Assembly (NCBI GenBank): GCA_902569865.1
Contig: CACFVT010000001.1
Span: forward strand, 22,350-86,349
Direction: 5' to 3'
Length of the DNA stretch: 64,000 bases
Source: an uncultured Alphaproteobacteria bacterium
GTDB lineage: Bacteria > Pseudomonadota > Alphaproteobacteria > HIMB59 > GCA-002718135
The notes under the pieces are model-generated. The model was given only the letters and a program-made list of their open reading frames with translations, searched no databases and was not told the origin of the DNA. Positions within the stretch are counted from its first letter, which is position 1, and every line of letters starts with the position of its first letter. Shown one piece after another: positions 9,387 to 17,602 of the stretch. A program made the translations under genes and the position numbers.

Positions 9387-11195
9387 TTATTCAAAGAGAG
9401 GTTCTAATTTCATTGAGTTAACATCTACTAATCCTTTATTTGTTATTCGAAAATTAGGAATAACTGACAATGGTAAGAGATTAAAACCCATGTATGGAAG
9501 AGTACATCCTGCATGTTCCCATGATTTTTTAAAATTTATATTTTCTGCAGCTACCTCAGAAGCTTTTTTATCAGACAATAATCCTGCTATTGGTAACTTG
9601 ACTTCAGAAATTAATTTTTTATTTTGAACAATTACTATTCCACCTTGCGTTTCATTAATTCTATCTACAGCAAATTTCATATCTTCTGCATTTAAGCCTG
9701 CCACAACTATATTATGAGCATCATGCCCTACACTGCTTGCTACTGCTCCATTTTTAAGATTGAAATCTTTTAAAAATCCATGAGCAAAATCACCGGATAT
9801 ATTATGCCTTTCAATTACACATAAGTGACATAAGTTATAACTTTTCATAACTTCAGACCAATCAGTTATTAATTCTTTAATTTGTACTTGTTCTTTAAAT
9901 GTAACAATGCCTGGTAATTGCGTTCTAATAACATTAATTTTTAAATTTTTTTCTTTTGGAATATCTGGTATCATCTGAATATTCTTAGGAAGATTAATAG
10001 TATTATAAGCTTTAACTGGATACTTATATCTATTATGAGTTAGTTGTTCATCTAACGTAGAGGTAATTTTTTTATTCTCAACTACTAACTGACCGCCTAA
10101 CCAAGTATTGTGAACTGTAAGATTATCATCAACCATTACGATATCAGCTCTTCTACTATGACCAAGTGCTCCGTAATCTCTATCTATATTGTATCTAGTA
10201 GCAGGATGTAGTGAGCCCATTGACCAAGCCGTTGTTTTATTTATTCCTAAATCATTTGCTTGTCGAACAACCCAATCAAGACCAAAATTGAATAAATCAT
10301 CTGCATCTCTATCATCAGTACACACACAAATTCTTTTAGTACTAGCTTTGAATTCTGTAATTACTTTTATAGCTTCTTTTATACTGTTCCATGGAGTTTT
10401 TGGATTTCCTCCTCTCAAAAAAATCCATAAACCTGCATCAAGAAGATCGTTAGTAAATAATTTTTCTTCTGCTTCATGAGTATCAGTTACTCCACTTGCT
10501 GCATAAGCAGCAACAAATTCTCTTCCAAAAACATGGCCGCTTACAGGTAAATTTCTTTTGAGTGTTTCAGCAATGATTGAATGAGGTAAATCATCAGCAT
10601 TACAAACAGATACAAAATCCATTTTTTCACCAAGACCAATAATCTCAGGCCATTTATCATATAATTTTGATGCTTTGATTGCATCTAAACTTCCTCCAGC
10701 TGTCTCTAAAGTATCATTAGTTGCAGGTATAGTACTTGGCAACGTAAGGAATATAGACAAAGGTGCCTGTCTACAATCTTCAAGCATCCATTCAATACCT
10801 TCAACATCACTGACATTACCAATTTCATGTGAGTCACAAAATATTGTAGTAGTTCCGTTTAAAAGCGCAGCTTCAGCATAAGCGCAACCTGTCATCATAC
10901 TGCTTTCTATGTGCATGTGAGGATCAATTAATCCAGGTGCTAAAATATTTTTTTGGACATCATAAATATTTAATTCTGATTTATTAAATAATTTTAGACT
11001 TTCACTATTATCTTTAACACAAGCAATTCTACCATTAGAAATCCATATTTCTTTATCTTCTAATATTCTATCGGTGTAAGTAGATAAAATACGAGCATTA
11101 GATAAAACTAAGTCAGGAATATTTTTTCCAGAAGCTACATTAGTTAATTGTTTAGTACAATCAGATAAAAGTGGGACTGAAAATCGATTAATCAC
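9387..11195 (-). CDS. ade: Adenine deaminase
   Basis: 602 aa. GLIDPHMHIESSMM, CDSHEI, VGHDAHNIVV and LPIAGLLS blocks align from memory along the full length of E. coli Ade. Confidence 0.85.
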   Translation of the reverse strand: MINRFSVPLLSDCTKQLTNVASGKNIPDLVLSNARILSTYTDRILEDKEIWISNGRIACVKDNSESLKLFNKSELNIYDVQKNILAPGLIDPHMHIESSMMTGCAYAEAALLNGTTTIFCDSHEIGNVSDVEGIEWMLEDCRQAPLSIFLTLPSTIPATNDTLETAGGSLDAIKASKLYDKWPEIIGLGEKMDFVSVCNADDLPHSIIAETLKRNLPVSGHVFGREFVAAYAASGVTDTHEAEEKLFTNDLLDAGLWIFLRGGNPKTPWNSIKEAIKVITEFKASTKRICVCTDDRDADDLFNFGLDWVVRQANDLGINKTTAWSMGSLHPATRYNIDRDYGALGHSRRADIVMVDDNLTVHNTWLGGQLVVENKKITSTLDEQLTHNRYKYPVKAYNTINLPKNIQMIPDIPKEKNLKINVIRTQLPGIVTFKEQVQIKELITDWSEVMKSYNLCHLCVIERHNISGDFAHGFLKDFNLKNGAVASSVGHDAHNIVVAGLNAEDMKFAVDRINETQGGIVIVQNKKLISEVKLPIAGLLSDKKASEVAAENINFKKSWEHAGCTLPYMGFNLLPLSVIPNFRITNKGLVDVNSMKLEPLFE

Positions 11196-11246
11196 TGATA
11201 AATCTTAACATAAAGTTTACTTCATTAATATATTAACAATAATTTA

Positions 11247-12200
11247 TTAATTTTTATGATATAATACTCTTCCAATAGTATTCATCAATAACTGTGCAGC
11301 TAAAGTTGAGGTAGAGTTTGTTAAATCATAATCTGGAGCAACTTCAACCAAATCAAGCCCAACTACAGAACCTTGTTTAATAATTCCATCGATTAATTCA
11401 AGTACTTCATAATAATAGAAACCTCCATGACTTGGTGTCCCTGTTCCAGATGCAACTGAGGGATCAAAAGCATCTATATCAATAGTAAGATAATATCTTT
11501 TATTCTTAGGTATTTCATTTAAGATTTTATTAATTCCCATTTGACGCAAATGACGAACAGAAAAAATTTTTGAACCTTTTTCTCTTGCATCTATGTATCC
11601 ATCCTTTGCTGTTGAAGAAACATTCCTAATTCCAATTTGTGTTAATCCTGAAACATATTTTTTTTCTGAAGCTCTTCTCATAGGGTTGCCATGCCCATAC
11701 CTCACGCCATGTCTTTCATCGACAAAATCTAAATGAGCATCAATTTGTATAACGTGAATAGGATCCTCATTTTCGAATGCATCAATACATGGAATATTAA
11801 TTGAATGATCTCCACCCATAACTACTGGAATAGCTTTAGCAGCTAAAATTTTCTGGACACCAAACTTTATATTGGCATGACTTTTAATAGTATCAGTATG
11901 AATTATATCTGCATCTCCTATGTCTACTATTCTTGTTGACTCTGATGGAAGATAAGTAATATCGTCCTCAAAATCATATGCTCCTGCATGGCCAAATGAA
12001 AATAGAGTTGATGCCTCCCTAATACCTCTTGGACCCATTCTTGATCCAGTGCGAAACTGACTACCAAAGTCAAAAGGTGCTCCCATTACTGCTACATCAG
12101 CATTAATTGAATCCCAATCACTTACATAAGGATATTTACCAAATGTACATATGCCTACAAAGGGTAAATTTAATCTGCCTTGGTCATAGTTATTTTCCAT
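11247..12200 (-). CDS. Ureohydrolase (arginase-family) enzyme: agmatinase / guanidino-acid hydrolase
   Basis: 317 aa with Mn-binding motifs GGDHSI, DAHLDF and DIDAFDPSVASGTGTP. Substrate cannot be assigned from sequence alone. Confidence 0.8.
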   Translation of the reverse strand: MENNYDQGRLNLPFVGICTFGKYPYVSDWDSINADVAVMGAPFDFGSQFRTGSRMGPRGIREASTLFSFGHAGAYDFEDDITYLPSESTRIVDIGDADIIHTDTIKSHANIKFGVQKILAAKAIPVVMGGDHSINIPCIDAFENEDPIHVIQIDAHLDFVDERHGVRYGHGNPMRRASEKKYVSGLTQIGIRNVSSTAKDGYIDAREKGSKIFSVRHLRQMGINKILNEIPKNKRYYLTIDIDAFDPSVASGTGTPSHGGFYYYEVLELIDGIIKQGSVVGLDLVEVAPDYDLTNSTSTLAAQLLMNTIGRVLYHKN

Positions 12201-12267
12201 ACTTATAATTTATAGCATTAATTATTAAAAAAAATAAATAACTATTACAATTAATGGATGAATTAAA

Positions 12268-12344
12268 TGGTCGGGGAGAAAGGATTCGAACCTTCGACCC
12301 CCTGGTCCCAAACCAGGTGCGCTACCAGGCTGCGCTACTCCCCG
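12268..12344 (-). tRNA. tRNA-Pro (anticodon TGG)
   Basis: The reverse complement CGGGGAG...CTCCCCGACCA gives a cloverleaf with anticodon stem CCTGG/CCAGG and loop TT-TGG-GA. T loop is TTCGAAT. Confidence 0.9.
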
Positions 12345-12390
12345 AGAAATCTCGTTATATTCATAAAATTTTGAAAAACAATTAATTAGT

Positions 12391-12418
12391 TTGAATTTTT
12401 ATAGATTATACATATAAT
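12391..12418 (+). promoter_or_regulatory. Putative sigma-70 promoter of the thiBP operon
   Basis: TTGAAT - 16 nt - TATAAT. The predicted transcription start falls at the 5' edge of the riboswitch. Confidence 0.5.
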
Positions 12419-12419
12419 A

Positions 12420-12490
12420 TTTTTAGGGGTGCTTAAATGCTGAGATTTATACCCTTTTAACCTGATCTGGATAATGCCAGCGGAGGAAAA
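12420..12490 (+). ncRNA. TPP (THI-box) riboswitch
   Basis: AGGGGTGC...GCTGAGA...ACCCTTTTAACCTGATCTGGATAATGCCAGCGGAGGAA matches the conserved THI-box core (CUGAGA and ACCUGAUCUGGAUAAUGCCAGCG). It lies directly upstream of thiB, and its 3' end overlaps the GGAGG Shine-Dalgarno at 12482-12486. Confidence 0.9.
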
Positions 12491-13471
12491 ATGCATTACT
12501 TAATAATTATATTCTCAATTTTATTTCTTACTCATTCTGTCAAAGCAGAAAAACTAACAGTTTATACTTATGACTCGTTTGTTTCTGAGTGGGGTCCCGG
12601 ACCATTAATTGAAAAAGCTTTTGAAGAAAAATACAGTGTTGATTTAGAATTGATTGCAGTTGATAGCGCTGCTACACTTTTAAATAAAGTAATATTAGAG
12701 GGTTCAAATACAAAAGCTGATATTATTTTAGGTTTAGATATGAATTTATTTAATTCAGCTGAAAATTCTGACCTTTTTATAGCTCATAGTTTGAATAATA
12801 TTAATGAAAAGTTGAATTTACCAATTGAATGGAACAGTGAAATATTTGTTCCTTATAATTATGGTTATTTCGCTTTTGTTTATAATAACAAAAATTTAAA
12901 AAATCCTCCTAAGTCTATGGATGAACTTTTAAATATTACTGATGCAAGAATAGTAATTCAAGATCCAAGAACCTCTACACCAGGTTTAGGGCTTTTAACG
13001 TGGATGAAAATTCTTTATGGAGAAAATGCTCAAGAGAATTGGTCAAAATTAAATAAAAAAATTATATCAGTCACTAAAGGTTGGACAGATGCATATTATA
13101 ATTTTTTTATGGCTGGAGAAGCAGATATTGTTTTAAGTTATTCAACTTCACCTGCTGCTCATGTAATGTTTGAAGAAAATTATGATATATCAGCATCTAT
13201 ATTTAAAGAAGGAAATTATCTTTCTGTTGAATTTGCAGGCATATTAAAATCGTCAAAAAATAAAAAAGTAGCTAATATTTTTTTAGATTTTATGCTTTCT
13301 GATGAATTTCAAAAAGTAATACCATCTACAAATATTATGTATCCTGTAACAAATATAAAACTTCCTGATGCATTTAATGAATTAGAAATACCAAAAGCAT
13401 TGCAATTAAATACAAAAGAAATAAATGATTATAAAGATGAGTGGATAAATGAGTGGCTTAATGCTTCTTAA
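12491..13471 (+). CDS. thiB: Thiamine/TPP ABC transporter substrate-binding protein
   Basis: 326 aa. LTVYTYDSFVSEWGPGP, FVPYNYGYFAFVYNNKNLKNPP and DPRTSTPGLGLL blocks align from memory with E. coli TbpA/ThiB. Preceded by a TPP riboswitch. Confidence 0.9.
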   Translation: MHYLIIIFSILFLTHSVKAEKLTVYTYDSFVSEWGPGPLIEKAFEEKYSVDLELIAVDSAATLLNKVILEGSNTKADIILGLDMNLFNSAENSDLFIAHSLNNINEKLNLPIEWNSEIFVPYNYGYFAFVYNNKNLKNPPKSMDELLNITDARIVIQDPRTSTPGLGLLTWMKILYGENAQENWSKLNKKIISVTKGWTDAYYNFFMAGEADIVLSYSTSPAAHVMFEENYDISASIFKEGNYLSVEFAGILKSSKNKKVANIFLDFMLSDEFQKVIPSTNIMYPVTNIKLPDAFNELEIPKALQLNTKEINDYKDEWINEWLNAS

Positions 13472-13476
13472 AAAAA

Positions 13477-15066
13477 TTGTATAGAACCTATAATTACATT
13501 GTATTAAGTTTTTTTTTCTTAATATTGTTATTTCCTTTATTAGGTATTTTTTCTAAAATTAGTTATGATTTTGTTGAGATAAATAATTTTTTAAGAAACA
13601 ACTATACAAAAAGAATTATTTTCTTTTCATTATATCAAGCTTTTTTATCTGCTGTAATTAGTTGTGCATTAGCAATTCCTTTTGCTCTATCTTTAAATCG
13701 TCATAAAAATTTAAAATTTATTAGAATTATTGTTTCATTATGTGGCTTTTCATTTGTAATTCCATCAATTTTAATTGTCTATTCAGTTATAAAAATTTTT
13801 GGATATAATGGATTTTTAAACACATATTTTAATTTTTATAATTTTATATCCATAGATAGCATCTACGGATTAAGAGGTATTCTAATTGCTCATGTTCTTC
13901 TAAATACACCATTTGCAACAAGATTATTTTTTCAAAATTTAAATAATATTCCAAATAAATATTATGAGATTTCTAGATCACTGAATATTAATACTATTGG
14001 AAATATTCTGAAATTAGAAATGCCTATTATAAAACAAAATTTATTTGCAGTTTTTTCGATAATCTTCTCACTATGTTTTTTGAGTTTTGCAATTGTAATG
14101 GCACTTGGTGGTGGTCCGAGAAGTTCAACTTTGGAAGTTGCTATTTATCAATATGCTTTGTTTGATCTCAATTTTAATAAAGCAATTATTTTGAGTTTTA
14201 TACAAATTATAATTTGTATTTTTTTTATTTCGATTGGTTTTTATAAATTTAGAGGTTCAAGTTTTTTTGAAATAGGAGATTTAAAAAATAAACATCCTCA
14301 TAAAGATATAGCTTTTCTTAAATTAATAGACTTTAGTTTAATTTTTTTATTTGTAATTTTTTTATTTTCTCCAATATTTTTTATTTTTTTAGAAACTCTA
14401 AAAAGTAATTTTTCATATATCATTTTAGACCATAATTTTATTGAAGCCTTTAAAAACTCAATAATAATTTCTTTTACTACTGGAATATTAGTTAGTTTTA
14501 TAGGATTTATAATTTCTGGTATTTTAGTTGTGAATCATAATAATACATTAGTTCAGCAAACATTATTTTTACTTAGTTCAATAATTATCATAATTTCCCC
14601 AATTATTTTCAGTCTTGGATACTTTATTTATTTTCAACCTCTTATTCATATAGAATTTGTTAAATTTATTATTGTAATTTTAATAAATGCTATTTTTTTA
14701 TTACCATTTGCAATTTTAATTTTTTTTAATAACTTAAAAAATATTTTTTTAACATTTCAAGATTATAAACAAACTTATAGAATAAATTTAATTAATTATT
14801 TTAGGATAATTTCTCCCTTATTTAAAAAAAATTATCTATATGTGTTTTCATTTTCTACAGTTATAACTTTTGGAGATTTTACTATAATATCTTTTTTTAG
14901 AAGTGATAGTTTCGATACTTTGCCTTCATTCTTATATAGACTAATATCGTCATATAAGTTTAACGAAGCATCATTTGTTTCAGGGGTAATTTTGTTAATA
15001 AGTATGATTATTTATTTTATAATTGATAATATAAATCACCAAGGCAAGCCCGACATTAAAACGTGA
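13477..15066 (+). CDS. thiP: Thiamine ABC transporter permease (two-domain)
   Basis: 529 aa, about 12 TM segments, the length and duplicated permease architecture of ThiP. TTG start 5 nt after the thiB stop. Confidence 0.85.
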   Translation: MYRTYNYIVLSFFFLILLFPLLGIFSKISYDFVEINNFLRNNYTKRIIFFSLYQAFLSAVISCALAIPFALSLNRHKNLKFIRIIVSLCGFSFVIPSILIVYSVIKIFGYNGFLNTYFNFYNFISIDSIYGLRGILIAHVLLNTPFATRLFFQNLNNIPNKYYEISRSLNINTIGNILKLEMPIIKQNLFAVFSIIFSLCFLSFAIVMALGGGPRSSTLEVAIYQYALFDLNFNKAIILSFIQIIICIFFISIGFYKFRGSSFFEIGDLKNKHPHKDIAFLKLIDFSLIFLFVIFLFSPIFFIFLETLKSNFSYIILDHNFIEAFKNSIIISFTTGILVSFIGFIISGILVVNHNNTLVQQTLFLLSSIIIIISPIIFSLGYFIYFQPLIHIEFVKFIIVILINAIFLLPFAILIFFNNLKNIFLTFQDYKQTYRINLINYFRIISPLFKKNYLYVFSFSTVITFGDFTIISFFRSDSFDTLPSFLYRLISSYKFNEASFVSGVILLISMIIYFIIDNINHQGKPDIKT

Positions 15067-16337
15067 ATGTAAATACTAGCGATATACCCAAGAAATATAA
15101 CAGGCGTCCATTTTAAATGTCCAAAGAAAGTATAATAACCTCTAGCTTGACCCATTAACGCTACTCCAGCTGCTGAGCCAATTGATAATAAACTGCCACC
15201 CACTCCCGTTGTAAGTGTAACTAATAACCACTGATCAATTGACATTTCAGGTCTCATGGTAATGACTGCAAACATTACTGGAATATTATCTACAATAGCA
15301 GACAAAACCCCTACAATTGAGTTAGCTATAGTTGGTCCTAATCCATCATATAATATTTCTGAAACCAACGATAAATATCCAATAAAACCTAAACCTCCAA
15401 CACTTAGTATGACACCAAAGAAAAAAAGTAATGTGTCCCATTCAGCTCTTGAAATTTTTTTAAAAAAATCAAATTTATTATCCTCTGTTTCTGGATTGTA
15501 AGTTACTTTTAAATAATATGAATACAAACCAAGAAGGCCTAGGCCAAACATCATACCAAGCATTGGTGGCAAATGTAATATATTATGAAAGTTTACTGCA
15601 CTAAATATTGTAAAAAGACCAAGGAAAATAATCATTCTCCCTCCTCTTTTCATAAAAACTTTATCAGAACTAACTTGAGGACTTTCTTTTGGAATAAAGA
15701 AATACATAATTGATGCAGGTATTATATAATTAATTACTGAAGGAATAAAAATATTAAAAAAAGTAAAAAATTCAACTATACCGGCTTGCCAAACCATTAA
15801 GGTGGTTATATCTCCAAAAGGACTGTAGGCACCTCCTGCATTAGCAGACACTACGATATTAATACAACCTAATGAAATAAATTTACTGTTACCTTTACCG
15901 CAGGCCATTAAGACAGAGCACATAACTAGAGCCGTGGTTAAGTTATCTGCAATGGGAGATAAAAAAAATGTAATTATGCCAGTAAATATAAATAATTGTC
16001 TGAAGCTAAAACCTCGAGATGTTAGTTGGTATCTAACTACATCGAAGACATTTCTTTCTTCCAATGCATTAATATAAGTCATAGCTACTAGTAGGAATAA
16101 AAACAACTCTGCAAATTCAAGAATGTTATGTTCTAGAGCATGCTCAATCTCTTTTCCATAAGACTTATCACCAGAAAAATAGAAAGCGATAATACCCCAT
16201 ATGATAGCAGCAGATAGAATAACTGGTTTGGATTTTCTTAGATGACTAAATTCTTCAGCCATAACTACAGCATAAGCAACAAAAAATACTGCTAAGCTTA
16301 GAAAGCCTACATAAGAAGTGGTTAAATCAATTTCCAT
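15036..16337 (-). CDS. nhaD: NhaD-type Na+/H+ antiporter (ArsB/CitMHS ion-transporter superfamily)
   Basis: 433-aa polytopic membrane protein with an NhaD-like sequence pattern. Its 3' end overlaps the thiP 3' end by 31 nt (convergent). Confidence 0.7.
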   Translation of the reverse strand: MEIDLTTSYVGFLSLAVFFVAYAVVMAEEFSHLRKSKPVILSAAIIWGIIAFYFSGDKSYGKEIEHALEHNILEFAELFLFLLVAMTYINALEERNVFDVVRYQLTSRGFSFRQLFIFTGIITFFLSPIADNLTTALVMCSVLMACGKGNSKFISLGCINIVVSANAGGAYSPFGDITTLMVWQAGIVEFFTFFNIFIPSVINYIIPASIMYFFIPKESPQVSSDKVFMKRGGRMIIFLGLFTIFSAVNFHNILHLPPMLGMMFGLGLLGLYSYYLKVTYNPETEDNKFDFFKKISRAEWDTLLFFFGVILSVGGLGFIGYLSLVSEILYDGLGPTIANSIVGVLSAIVDNIPVMFAVITMRPEMSIDQWLLVTLTTGVGGSLLSIGSAAGVALMGQARGYYTFFGHLKWTPVIFLGYIASIYIHVLMSGLPW

Positions 16338-17125
16338 ATTTTTAAACTAAAATTAATAACAGTTTTTTCAATCCCGAAGTCATATAAATTATTGTGCATT
16401 GCTTCGTCAATAAAAAGTGATTTTTTAGGACTATTAGCTTTATTATATAGTAATTTACTATGTAAATGTGGGACAACCTCATCGTTTGTGCCACTAATTA
16501 TTAATAAAGGAGATTTAATTCGATCTATTTTGCCGAGATTATCAAATTTATCTTTAACCAGTAATTTAGTTGGATAAATTTTATATCTTTTATTTGCTAC
16601 ATCAGCAATTGATGTAAATGGAGCTTCAAGAACAGTACAAAGAAAATTGTATTTTAAATTCAGATCAACTGCTACACCTGAGCCAAGTGACTCTCCATAA
16701 TTGATTATATCTTCTATATTAAATTTAGTATTTTTTAAAATCCACTCAATTGTAGCTTTGCCGTCTAAATATAGATTTTTTTCAGTTGGAATTCCTTGAT
16801 TTCCACTATACCCCCTCCAACTTACGATTAAGGTAGAAAAGCCTGCGTCGTTATATCTTTTGATACGATAAGCTCTTTCTCCAATATCAAATGAATTTCC
16901 ATGAAAATATACCAAAATTGGTTTATCTGACTGACCTTTGAAAAACCAAGCTAAAAGGTTAATCTTATCTTCAGTCTCTATGTTTATTTCGCTAATTCTT
17001 TCTAAACCATAATTTTGAGGAGCTTGCGGCCTATTACATTTATTAAAAATAATTCTTCTTTGAAAAGTATACAGAAGAAAACCAAAAAAAATATATAGAA
17101 AAATCAGAAAAAATATGTAAGTCAT
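16322..17125 (-). CDS. Membrane-anchored alpha/beta-fold hydrolase
   Basis: GESLGSG nucleophile elbow, HGNSF oxyanion region and an N-terminal TM segment. I prefer ATG 17125 (MTYIFFLIF...) to the TTG 17173 of the ORF track. Confidence 0.65.
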   Translation of the reverse strand: MTYIFFLIFLYIFFGFLLYTFQRRIIFNKCNRPQAPQNYGLERISEINIETEDKINLLAWFFKGQSDKPILVYFHGNSFDIGERAYRIKRYNDAGFSTLIVSWRGYSGNQGIPTEKNLYLDGKATIEWILKNTKFNIEDIINYGESLGSGVAVDLNLKYNFLCTVLEAPFTSIADVANKRYKIYPTKLLVKDKFDNLGKIDRIKSPLLIISGTNDEVVPHLHSKLLYNKANSPKKSLFIDEAMHNNLYDFGIEKTVINFSLKIWKLI

Positions 17126-17147
17126 AAAATATAAATATACATATAAT

Positions 17148-17597
17148 ATGCCTGCATCAATAGAAGTATACAATCCGATGACCGCCTATAATAGTGCTAT
17201 TAACACATTAGAAAAAAATGGCATTAGAGCGACAAAGCAAAGAAGAGTGTTAGCTAAAATTATTTTTGACAAAGGCAAAAGACACATATCTGCAGAAAAT
17301 TTATTCGATGAAGTAAAAAAAGAAGAAAGAAAAATATCAATGGCAACAGTTTATAACACCCTTAAGCAATTCACAAGTTTAGGGCTAATAAAGGAAATTG
17401 TTGTTGATCAAAATAAATCACTATACTGCAACAACAATCAAAGTCATTATCATTTATATATTGAAGATGAAGGTAAAGTAATTGATATTCCAACTAAAAA
17501 TATTGACTTAGACATTCCATCAATACCAGCTTGTCTGCAGCTGCATAACATTGATGTTATCGTCAGAATAAGAACACTAAAAGATAAAAAAAGTTAG
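17148..17597 (+). CDS. Fur-family transcriptional regulator, Irr-like (no CxxC zinc motifs)
   Basis: Winged-helix N-domain LEKNGIRATKQRRVLAKIIF...HISAENLF...ISMATVYNTLKQF. The C-domain lacks the Cys pairs of Fur/Zur and has an H-x-H (SHYHLY), as in alphaproteobacterial Irr. An alternative start is ATG 17178. Confidence 0.7.
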   Translation: MPASIEVYNPMTAYNSAINTLEKNGIRATKQRRVLAKIIFDKGKRHISAENLFDEVKKEERKISMATVYNTLKQFTSLGLIKEIVVDQNKSLYCNNNQSHYHLYIEDEGKVIDIPTKNIDLDIPSIPACLQLHNIDVIVRIRTLKDKKS

Positions 17598-17602
17598 TTA
17601 AA

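Noticed and set aside
10189-10881. Plus-strand ORFs (96 and 68 aa) inside adenine deaminase. Similar antisense ORFs lie at 2733-2918, 3775-3957, 15256-15501, 16392-16577, 32224-32418, 34530-34745, 35909-36097, 51923-52141, 54208-54432, 56288-56470, 56980-57165, 57229-57504, 57885-58247 and 59871-60083.
   Set aside because: All lie opposite confidently identified genes, lack recognisable motifs and have skewed composition typical of antisense frames.
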